Below, piece after piece: positions 30,757 to 39,850 of a DNA stretch of 64,000 nucleotides. Numbering within the stretch: position 1 is the first letter of the stretch; the number at the start of each line of letters is the position of its first letter. Source of the DNA: Trypanosoma brucei (lineage: Eukaryota); assembly GCA_000002445.1 (NCBI GenBank), contig CH464491.1:384001-448000 (forward strand), written 5' to 3'. Made by a program: the position numbers and the translations under genes. Below the pieces are notes generated by a model. The model saw only the letters and a list, made by a program, of their open reading frames with translations. It was not told the DNA's origin and searched no databases.

Positions 30757-33015
30757 ATGGCTTACCAGCAGTCACGGGCTCTAAAGAAGGAGTTTTCTCT
30801 TCCCATGGTGCCCGGTATGACGTGTGGTGAAGAGATGCTCCGACGGAGTTACCACCGCACTCAAGTGCACGGAAGGAAGTATGACACCAATACACACATT
30901 GACGGTGTCCCAGAGGACATGTCAAGGTTCAACTTACAAACGGTTTCGTCCATCTCCAAGTATGCTCCCGAGATGCTTCCCACCGCTACGCAAACGCAGA
31001 AAAGTGATGAGCAAAATGTCGACCTCACTGGCCGCGTGCTGCGTTTCTACGCTTACACGAAGGAACTCGTCCCCGAGAGCTTCGTTGAGCGGGAACGCGT
31101 TCGGAAGTTTGTCTTTAACGTCTTTTTGGAGGACAATACCATGAGTGTGGTAGAGGACGTTGCCGACAACTCCGGTATTGCCATGCCCGCTTCTCTGAAA
31201 CGGCACATCGTCCCACTTCCGGATGGATCACCCATTACATTTGCCAACTTCCGTGTGGGTGAAACCATCACCTTCTATGGCCGGACGTACATGGTGTACG
31301 ACGCGGACAAGTTTACACGTGATTTCTATTCGCAGTCAGGACTAGAGCTTGACCCGGCACTGCCGCTTCCCTTTGACGCATATACGGAACTCCAGAATCG
31401 GCCAAAGAAAATATATGCCGTGCGTACCATCGCGGCCAGCGACCCAACGAACCTCACACTCTTACCCGAGCAGGTGCGCGCCACGCAGCAGTTCCTAAAG
31501 CATGACGGCGAGGTGTTGCGTTGCGATTGCGTGTGGGATGACATGGAGGCATTGCACGGTACCAAACATTACCTGACTCTGTACTACTTTCTTTCGGATG
31601 ACAGTATTGCATTGGTGGAGAAAGATTATCCCAACAGTGGTCGCGATCCGTTCCCGCGTTTCTTCCGCAGGCAGCGCGTAGCCAAACCCAAGGATGGCAG
31701 GTTCGACCCCACTTCATTGGGTACACTTACCTTTGAGGACACGAGCAACAGAGACTACTATACTGACGCCGATATTCGTATTGGCAACTGTTTACACGTT
31801 TTTGGTCGTGATGTGCTCATCTATGACTATGATGAATATACCCAGCACCACCTTCTCAAGAAATTTGGTATTACTTCATACGATCCCATACCGGGAGGTA
31901 AAAATCCTCCAGCAGCCCCAATCGGCTGCCACAGGCGCGAAAAGACAGCACAAGAGTTGGAGGAAGTTCAGATGCGGAAGCGCGCGGAGAATCGCATGCG
32001 GGAATATGGTGATGTAACCGTTAAGTTCCTCATGAGGTTGGATAACGCAAAGTATGAGGATGAAATCCGGCGCTTCGTTCTCACAGTGTACCCAGCAGAT
32101 GATACTATCTCCATCTTCGAGCCTGTTATACGGAACATGGGCATTGTGGGCGGAAAATTTCTTCAGCGGCAGCGTAGCAAGCGCCCCAATGGTGAATTCT
32201 ACACAGCAAAGGACTTCTTCGTTGGAGCGCGCTTGACCATCAATGGTTTCCCCTTCGTTATCTTATCCAGCGATGAGCGGTCTTTGAGCTATATGGAAAC
32301 CAAACACGATGAGTTTATCCGCTCTGACATCAATTACGTGGTGAGGAAGCTACGGGCAATGCTTCTAAGTAGAAAAACGGGGTTGGTCGAGGCGTTCAGA
32401 GAGGCGGATAAGGAGAACTCAACTGGACTGAAAATGGATGTCTTTCTGGATATTATGAACCGGCTAAAGTTAGACATATCCGAGCAAGAGCTGCTAAGTC
32501 TCCTGAGGTACTTCGACAAACAAAATGAGTCGTATGTATCTTATGAAGAGTTCATGAGCCGTGTGATGCCTGAGGGAGTTGCAGTTGCTTCTGATGATCG
32601 GCCATGGGAAGTAATCGATGCCCAAAGCGCCGAAGAGGAGCTCGCTGCCTTTGTGGTCGATCCCCGTATCGACGAGGAGAAACGCCTTCGAGCTGAGCAG
32701 ATCTCCTTAGCTGCGCGAGGGGCAGAAGAGTTCCTCACCTTATACGACCAGCGCCGACAACTGGTGTTAAAGGAGTTTCGTGCCATGACGGATTACTCTC
32801 CCGAGGGAGTTATTGGGGCCAAAGAATTCAAGATGTGTATTCGAAGGAAGTTGTTCGTGCAAACTATTCCAGATGCGGCACTCGATGCCCTTTGTGACAA
32901 GTTATTCCCACCCGAGATGCCGAAACTTAGTCTGGAGGAGCTTACGAGAGTGTTCAACGGCACCTCTACCTTGCCACGGAATATGAAGGATATCAAAGCA
33001 GGTGAATCCAAGTAA
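30757..33015 (+). CDS. RIB72: Rib72 / EFHC1-like flagellar protofilament-ribbon protein (three DM10 domains plus a C-terminal EF-hand region).
   Basis: DM10-type blocks recur three times: LRFYAYTKELVPE…VRKFVFNVFLEDNTMSVVEDVADNSGI…FRVGETITFYGRTYMVYDADKFTRDFY; LKHDGEVLRCDCVWDD…HYLTLYYFLSDDSIALVE; VKFLMRLDN…RFVLTVYPADDTISIFEPVIRN. The C-terminal segment is EF-hand-like: FLDIMNRLKLDISEQELLSLLRYFDKQNESYVSYEEFMSRV. The first ATG is at 30757; the track start at 30694 is TTG. Confidence 0.82.
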   Translation: MAYQQSRALKKEFSLPMVPGMTCGEEMLRRSYHRTQVHGRKYDTNTHIDGVPEDMSRFNLQTVSSISKYAPEMLPTATQTQKSDEQNVDLTGRVLRFYAYTKELVPESFVERERVRKFVFNVFLEDNTMSVVEDVADNSGIAMPASLKRHIVPLPDGSPITFANFRVGETITFYGRTYMVYDADKFTRDFYSQSGLELDPALPLPFDAYTELQNRPKKIYAVRTIAASDPTNLTLLPEQVRATQQFLKHDGEVLRCDCVWDDMEALHGTKHYLTLYYFLSDDSIALVEKDYPNSGRDPFPRFFRRQRVAKPKDGRFDPTSLGTLTFEDTSNRDYYTDADIRIGNCLHVFGRDVLIYDYDEYTQHHLLKKFGITSYDPIPGGKNPPAAPIGCHRREKTAQELEEVQMRKRAENRMREYGDVTVKFLMRLDNAKYEDEIRRFVLTVYPADDTISIFEPVIRNMGIVGGKFLQRQRSKRPNGEFYTAKDFFVGARLTINGFPFVILSSDERSLSYMETKHDEFIRSDINYVVRKLRAMLLSRKTGLVEAFREADKENSTGLKMDVFLDIMNRLKLDISEQELLSLLRYFDKQNESYVSYEEFMSRVMPEGVAVASDDRPWEVIDAQSAEEELAAFVVDPRIDEEKRLRAEQISLAARGAEEFLTLYDQRRQLVLKEFRAMTDYSPEGVIGAKEFKMCIRRKLFVQTIPDAALDALCDKLFPPEMPKLSLEELTRVFNGTSTLPRNMKDIKAGESK

Positions 33016-33978
33016 TAATTAACTTGGAGTAGAAACTCAAGGAGGAGAGGGGAATTATGGGAGGGTTGGAAATGTGCCAAGGAGTGGAGAGGAAACAACA
33101 GGCAGTGACCATGAGGAGGAAGCGGGGAAGGGATGGTGATGAAGTGCATTAACATACTTTGCAGGTGAGATGAGCTCAATGCGCAACAACGATACAAGTG
33201 GAGGCACACCCACAGACATAGGCTCGGAAATAGATGTGCTCAGGTGGAGCCGCTTAATCTCATCTTTCCACATACAAAAGCGATGCAAAAGCGCTCCCAA
33301 CGCCTTCCATCGTCTCACGATGCTCCGCAGTTTGTGAATTCCCTAGACTCGTTTTGTCGAGGAAAGGATGCTGCTTTTTCTTTCTTTCTACTCTCCCACC
33401 CTCTCAACCTTGTTCCTTTTTTTTTCGCTATTGTTCCAAATGTCATCCTTATGTATTATATGTGAAATTAGAACCACTCAGCCGTGCCCACATCATAGGG
33501 GCGTGAATAACCTACTGGAAGGAAGAAGATGCAGACGTGAAACAGCTAAAAGAGACAACAGTTTCAAGAAGGGAAGAAAAGTTTGGGTTATGAACAGTGC
33601 TTGAGACGTCATCTGTTCCTTCACCACTTATCGGCCCTTTTTTTGTTTATTTGTTGCACACGCAAATATACACACACACACAAGCTGAAACGTAGACTAC
33701 TCTGGTTTAATCTGTTGTGAATGTCTTGAAGCCGTTTTTCCGAGAATAAAAGCAGAGAAGGGGGGAAAGCGATCTGAGAAAAACTCGCTCCCCACTCCTA
33801 CTGGCCGTATGATACTCGTACCCTTTTTGTTATGAGCTCTGCTTCGTGTTATTTACCTTTTGTTGCCTGTTTCCTTTCCCGATTTGCCCGGTTTCCTCCA
33901 CACCTTTTCAACTTGTTGTGCTGTTGGACACCCTTTACCATCCTTCGTATTATTTCCCACAATAATAAAAAAGAGGAT

Positions 33979-34485
33979 ATGATGTGCAATTCCTTTGTTG
34001 CCCTTTTGGTTTCTCTCGCGTTATCCCGTGGGAGCTTCGCTGATGTGGACGTTGGCGACTCCAAAGGGCGGCCAGCGGATGAGTGCCGCTTATTGGGATT
34101 TGACAAACCTAGTGTTCGTTGTCGTCATTGTACACTCCTGAAGCAGCACACAACAAATTTCACGCTGTATGAAGAGTGTCTGGCTTGCTGTGTAGATGAG
34201 AAGGTCCCACAGCTGTTATGGTACGCCACGGCCCGGTTAGTGGTGAAGAGCAAATCCCGGGACGAACCTGATCGAGAAGTGGATAAATTCTTAGCGAAGT
34301 ATAGGAATAAATTTGGGAACCGCTTACAGGTAGTGAACAGTGCAATTGGGCAACCGACACATCTGATCATGGTGGGCGAACGCGGCACCAGGGATGCGCA
34401 GTGGGTCGTCGAAGACTGGTCGGTAAGCTCTCTGCATGATTACCTGGTGCGGGCGTTCAATATGGAGACGGAGGAACTTTTGTAA
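33979..34485 (+). CDS. Small secreted Sep15/SelF-family-like protein (168 aa) that lacks the CxU/CxC redox motif.
   Basis: The signal peptide MMCNSFVALLVSLALSRGSFA is followed by a Cys-rich block, ADECRLLGFDKPSVRCRHCTLLKQHTTNFTLYEECLACCVDEKVPQ. From memory this aligns with the Sep15 UGGT-binding domain ACRELGFSSNLLCSSCDLLGQFNLLQLDPDCRGCCQEEAQ. A thioredoxin-fold-like C-terminal half follows. Sequence from 33832 up to 33979 is a pyrimidine tract, so the ATG at 33832 was rejected as the start. Confidence 0.55.
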   Translation: MMCNSFVALLVSLALSRGSFADVDVGDSKGRPADECRLLGFDKPSVRCRHCTLLKQHTTNFTLYEECLACCVDEKVPQLLWYATARLVVKSKSRDEPDREVDKFLAKYRNKFGNRLQVVNSAIGQPTHLIMVGERGTRDAQWVVEDWSVSSLHDYLVRAFNMETEELL

Positions 34486-35189
34486 CATTCCGGAACATGC
34501 TGAAGGAATTGTGGTGCTGTTTTGTTGCCGTTACAGATGTTTGTTGAGCGGTGGCGGTGGGGGGAAAGGTGCTATACGAAATGATGCAGCAGCGACCCGG
34601 ACATACCATTGTAATTTTGTCTCCTCTCCTCTTTCCTCTGACATGTGCCTCCTACTTGTGAATGTTCTTCCTCACTGCTTCTGTTGTGCCTTTGCACGTC
34701 ACATCAAATTTCAATATACATGTCCGATCACTCTCATTATTGTAATTCTTGCTTTTCTCGATTATTGGGTGTTGCTCCTTCTCCTTCACAAGAAGGTATA
34801 ACAACTTTAGCACGACCTTGGAGAGCATTTCGCGAGTTCCATCTCCAATCTTGAGCGTGATTATTTTAGTGTTTTCCCCTGTTTAATTTAAAGTTCCACT
34901 CAAATTTACCTGCGTTACGTGTATATACATAAACGAGTGTCAGTGTTACCGACGAGGGCGAGCGGAAGAAGAAGGGAAAGGGCAAAGAGGAGTGAGATAG
35001 GTTTTTATTTATTTCTTTATCATTTTCGGCCAATTTAAATATAATACGGTATACGGATTTACACCTTTCTACAGCTCGGCGGTCGGCAAGGACAGCGTTT
35101 CGTTCACTGAAGCTACATCAGTGAAGTAAGTTGTTTGCCATAACTTGTTTACCTACTATTGTGCGGCAGAATCATTTTATTCGAACACT

Positions 35190-38100
35190 ATGATGCGCCG
35201 TGCCTTTACGCGGGGTGCATGCGCAGCTCAGTCGTTCAGCATGGTACGCTTTTATACGGATGCCAAAACTGTTCGGCAGCCGCACCGCTACGACCAGGCA
35301 ATCACCGCTGAGAACGAAGTATACATTGAACAGCTGCTCAAACAATACGAACAGAACCCGTGCGAAGTGGACGGCAGTTGGATACCAATTCTTGAGAAAC
35401 TGCGTAGCGGCTCTCCGGATGCGCCTCTCGTGCAGGACTTCACCCGACCGGTGAAAGATGCCCCAAAAAGTGACAGCGAGCGTAGGCAAAGCATGGGCAT
35501 TACTTGGATGGTTACGGCATATGAAAGGTATGGTCATCACTACGCCAAAGTGAATCCTCTCAGGAGTGAGCAAGATGTGGAAAGTGACCGAAGGGACTTG
35601 TTAAATCTTCACTACTCCAACTTCGGTTTCACAGATCAAGACCTTACCAAGGTGTTTCCTGTAGATATTGGTGGTGGCTTAAAGGAGGCTTTTGGTGAGA
35701 ATGTGAAGGAAGCAACTCTGCAGCAAATAGTGGAGAAGCTACAGATGATGTACTGTGGTTCCATTGGATTTGAGTTTCTACTAACTGAGGGTGATGACGT
35801 CCGTCACTGGTTTCACAAGGAAATCTTGAAAACGTTTGAACCCCTTAGCAAGGAAGAACGTATTCACATTTTAGACGACGTGGTGAAAAGTTGTGGCTTT
35901 GAAACCTTCATTCAGCTCAAGTATGGGACGCAGTTGCGTTTCGGTCTTGACGGCGCAGAGGCTCTTGTTCCTGCTGTAATTGCATTGATGCAAGAAGCCA
36001 GCGACCTCGGCGTCACGTCCTTTGTCCAGGGCATGCCCCACCGCGGCCGTTTGAACCTTTTAGCCAATGTGAAGGTAAAGCCGCTAACCGACATACTAGC
36101 TGAATTCGAAGGGAAGACACACCGAAATGCGATCGCTCGTCTCGGTGATAACAAATATCACCTGGGAGCAGACAGACAAATTGAATTGCGCAACGGCAAA
36201 GTTATTAACTTTGATTTACTGTGCAATCCCTCCCATTTGGAGGCCATGAATCCCCTGGTTCTTGGCAAAGCGCGCGCACGCATGGTGGTCGAGAAGGACT
36301 CTGAGTGCGTCAGGACCCTCCCCATCATTGCACACGGTGACGCCGCCATATCTGGTTTGGGAATGGGCCACGAGACCATGGGTCTTTGGGATCTTGATAA
36401 CTACCGTGTCGGTGGTACCGTCCACATCATTACGAATAACCAAGTGGGCTTCACAACCGACTCGGTTGATGCTCGAAGGGCAAAGTATTGCAGTGACATT
36501 TCAAAAATACACGCCACACCCGTGTTGCACGTCAATAGCAACGATGTTGAGGCGTGTGTTCGCGCGGCGCGCATCGCGGCACGTTTCAGGCAGACGTTCC
36601 ACCGTGACATTATCATTGATCTTATCGGTTACCGACGAAATGGTCACAATGAAGCAGATTTCCCCGATTTTACCCAGCCGCAAATGTACCAAATCGTTCG
36701 ATCGCTTCGACCGCTGGTTGACCTTTACTCCGATACGCTGGTGGAGGAGGGTGTTCTAACAAAGGAAGATGTTAAGGCAAAGAAGAAGGAATACGAATCA
36801 CGACTGCGTGAAGCCTACGAAACTGCGCAGAGCTGTCCAGAGTACACAAAGGTGATCCCTAATTTAAGGGAAGATGCGGGGAATGCGAGCGAAGGCTACG
36901 ATCTTGCGGCTGAGAAGGAGGCAAACCTCCCAAAGGCAGTTGAAACGGGTGTCGACATTGAAGTACTACGCCGAGTTGGTTTGCACGTCACAACAATACC
37001 AAGCGAGGTAAAGAAGGTTCACCCCGTTGTGGAGCGTACATACGCGGCACGGAAGAAGGCCATTGAATCCGGTGAAGGTGCCGAATGGTGTTTGGCTGAG
37101 ATGCTGGCGTTTGGAGCCACGGCGTTGGAAGGAACACATGTGCGGTTGGCAGGGGAGGATGTTGAGCGGGGAACTTTCACTCAGCGCCATGCCGCGGTAA
37201 CAGACTTGGAGACAAACAAAAAGTACATACCGTTGTGTAGTCTGAGCGAAGACCAGGCGCTCGTCACGATATGCAACAGCAGTCTTTCCGAGTTCGGTGT
37301 GTCAGGCTTCGAATTGGGCTACAATGCCGTGAATCCACACACCCTGGGCATGTGGGAAGCGCAATTCGGCGACTTCGCGAATGGCGCCCAGGTTATTTTT
37401 GACCAATTCTTATGTTGTGGCGAAGAAAAATGGAATGCCAAATACAGCCTCGTCTTGTCACTCCCGCATGGTTACTCTGGTGCGGGTCCCGAACACAGTT
37501 CGGCCCGCATTGAGCGGTACCTGCAACTGTGCAGCGATACTGACGTGGTACCACACAACTTTCGTCGTGGCTGCCCACTCCAACTGCTGGAGGTCCGCAT
37601 CCAACGTTTCAACTGGCAGGTCTGTTATCCCAGCACACCTGCAAACTACTTCCATGTTCTCCGCCGTCAAGTGCGGCGGGGAGACCCCAAACCACTTGTT
37701 GTTTTCTTCTCAAAGGCGCGACTTCGTGCCCCTAATGTTTCATCTCTCAGTGAGATGTCTACGGGTACGTCATTTAAGCCAGTCATCGACACCGCTGTGA
37801 ACGACGAGGTTATTGCTCGCAAGGTTCTCTTCTGTACTGGTCAGATTGAGAGCATCGTGGATGATCGCCGAAAGAAGCTTCAAGCGGAAAAGCCAGGCGT
37901 TCACGACGATGTTGTACTGGTCAAGTTGGAACAGCTCTCACCATTTCCGTGGGAACAAGTGGCCGATGTATTGGAAAAGTATCACAGTCGGAACCCGAAC
38001 GTCCAGTTTGCGTGGTTGCAGGAGGAACCAAAGAACATGGGTTCATGGGCGTATGTGCGGCCGCGCCTTCAAAGACTGCTCAGACACTTGGGAATGGCGG

Positions 38101-38216
38101 GGTCAAGTGATTTCTTGCCATATGTCGGACGCGTGACAGCGGCCTCACCATCCACCGGATACGCCACCGTTCACGCTGAGGAGGAGGCAGAAATCATCAG
38201 ACAGGCGCTGGCGTAA
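35190..38216 (+). CDS. 2-oxoglutarate dehydrogenase E1 component (about 1008 aa), mitochondrial.
   Basis: Diagnostic OGDH E1 blocks: GMPHRGRLNLLANV, AHGDAAISGLGMGHETMGLWDLDNYRVGGTVHIITNNQVGFTTD, HRDIIIDLIGYRRNGHNEADFPDFTQPQMY, AQFGDFANGAQVIFDQFL, SLVLSLPHGYSGAGPEHSSARIERYLQLC. The first ATG is at 35190 (MMRRAFTRG… presequence-like); the track start at 35145 is TTG. Confidence 0.92.
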   Translation: MMRRAFTRGACAAQSFSMVRFYTDAKTVRQPHRYDQAITAENEVYIEQLLKQYEQNPCEVDGSWIPILEKLRSGSPDAPLVQDFTRPVKDAPKSDSERRQSMGITWMVTAYERYGHHYAKVNPLRSEQDVESDRRDLLNLHYSNFGFTDQDLTKVFPVDIGGGLKEAFGENVKEATLQQIVEKLQMMYCGSIGFEFLLTEGDDVRHWFHKEILKTFEPLSKEERIHILDDVVKSCGFETFIQLKYGTQLRFGLDGAEALVPAVIALMQEASDLGVTSFVQGMPHRGRLNLLANVKVKPLTDILAEFEGKTHRNAIARLGDNKYHLGADRQIELRNGKVINFDLLCNPSHLEAMNPLVLGKARARMVVEKDSECVRTLPIIAHGDAAISGLGMGHETMGLWDLDNYRVGGTVHIITNNQVGFTTDSVDARRAKYCSDISKIHATPVLHVNSNDVEACVRAARIAARFRQTFHRDIIIDLIGYRRNGHNEADFPDFTQPQMYQIVRSLRPLVDLYSDTLVEEGVLTKEDVKAKKKEYESRLREAYETAQSCPEYTKVIPNLREDAGNASEGYDLAAEKEANLPKAVETGVDIEVLRRVGLHVTTIPSEVKKVHPVVERTYAARKKAIESGEGAEWCLAEMLAFGATALEGTHVRLAGEDVERGTFTQRHAAVTDLETNKKYIPLCSLSEDQALVTICNSSLSEFGVSGFELGYNAVNPHTLGMWEAQFGDFANGAQVIFDQFLCCGEEKWNAKYSLVLSLPHGYSGAGPEHSSARIERYLQLCSDTDVVPHNFRRGCPLQLLEVRIQRFNWQVCYPSTPANYFHVLRRQVRRGDPKPLVVFFSKARLRAPNVSSLSEMSTGTSFKPVIDTAVNDEVIARKVLFCTGQIESIVDDRRKKLQAEKPGVHDDVVLVKLEQLSPFPWEQVADVLEKYHSRNPNVQFAWLQEEPKNMGSWAYVRPRLQRLLRHLGMAGSSDFLPYVGRVTAASPSTGYATVHAEEEAEIIRQALA

Positions 38217-38240
38217 TGTTGGTTGAAGTTGCTGTTTTAT

Positions 38241-38269
38241 GGGGGGGGGGGAGGGGAAAAGGGGGGGGG
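38241..38269 (+). repeat. G-run cluster (G11, G4, G9) about 25 nt downstream of the OGDH stop codon.
   Basis: gggggggggggaggggaaaaggggggggg on the mRNA-sense strand. Confidence 0.9.
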
Positions 38270-39850
38270 AAAAGAAGCTCGACTACAAATGGGAAGTTTT
38301 GTGTTGCGACCTCCCAAAGAGAAAAAAGGGGAGGAACAGTAAATATTATGGGGGAAGCGGTGAACACGAGGGATGGGCTGAATTAGTGGTAACGAAATAA
38401 ACGAGTGGATGAGTGAGAGGGCATGGGAAAGAAGCAAAGGGGGGGGATAACAAATCCGCGGATGAAAGAGAAATGACGAGGTGTAACAAATGCAACATGT
38501 GACGTCGTTCCCTCCCTCCCACCCCCATCTGTCCTTTCACTTTATCTTCGTCGCAGCGTTCGAATTTTCTGTTATTAATTTTGTCATTTTTGTTTGTTTT
38601 TTTTTTTTGGACTCCCTCTGGCATAAAGAACAACGGCATTGAGAAATCGAAGTGAAATGATGCTTCAGGGAAGCGGGATGTGGAGAACAGGAAAAAAATA
38701 AGCTGCGGTCATTGTGGAATTTGGTTTCGTCCTCTTATTATTATGTTGTATTGTTTTATTAACAAATGATAACAGAACGGGAATGAAAGAGAAAGCGAAC
38801 GGAAATAGAAAAGTACCTTGTTTATTATTATTATTTTTTTTCCTGACGGGCCTCGTCAGCTTTTGAAGATTTTCTGTTATAAGCGCGGAAGGGTGTGTTA
38901 ACCTGAAACGGGACAATGCGTGCAGGGCGAGTACGCAAATAAATATATATTTCACTTTAAATATATCAATCGGTCATCTATTTACATGATTCCTTTTAAC
39001 GGCGGGACAAGTTTTTCCCGGTTCCCACCCCGCTCCCCCTCCTCCGAGTGCCGTTGCAGGGAAAATGGAGGGGAGAAGGAAACGAGAGAAAAGCTCATGT
39101 TCTTGGTTTATTTGTTAATTGTTCCCCGTCTTTTTTTATTATTTTATCGGCGAGCTTACCTACCTCGTGGGCAAAGGAAGTCCACCACTTTTCAGCGACG
39201 GTAGTACCCTTTCTGCCTTTTTTTAAAAAAAAATTCAATCACCACCCGCTTTCCCGTTACACCTTGTTATATCTCCTTTATCTCCTGGGATTGTTGTTGT
39301 TGTTGTTTCATATCGGTTTGTTTCAACTACTTCGGTCGTCACATTGCTAACATCACAATCCGTTACAAAATGGTGATGAGGCGATGGTGTGGCGGAGTTC
39401 AGTGACGAGAGGAAGAAGTTAATGAAAACACAGTGAATAAGGGGGAAAAAAAAGAAGAAGCGAAGAAATAGGGGCAAAGAGCGTTTTTTTTTGTTAATGA
39501 TTGTTATAGCAGCTGTTGAGGATGCAAGTGTAACATGTTTTTTTTTATGTGTTGCTCTCACACATTTTAACGTTTGCCTCACTAATTTCAATTTACTTCA
39601 CTTGTTCTTGTATTACTTGTAGAGGGGGTGCTTCTGGTCCCAGCAACCTACAACACCAAAGCAAGGAAAAACAAATTTATGGTGAAATAATTTTTGAAAA
39701 GGGGAAGAGGAAAAAGAAATAAAAACAGAAATATATAAAAATCATTTGTTGTTTTTTTTTTGCTAGTTTTATTCGTTTTATTCCCCTCCCCTCAAAGAAG
39801 TTTGGCTCAACTACCAGCGGTGGTTGTAGTTTTGCAGAAGGAGAGAAAAC

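Noticed and set aside
33832..33978. Upstream ATG (33832) that would extend the Sep15-like protein by 49 residues.
   Set aside because: The extension is translated from an obvious polypyrimidine tract (the splice-acceptor region) and gives a Phe/Leu/Cys/Pro-rich nonsense peptide. The downstream ATG at 33979 starts a textbook signal peptide.
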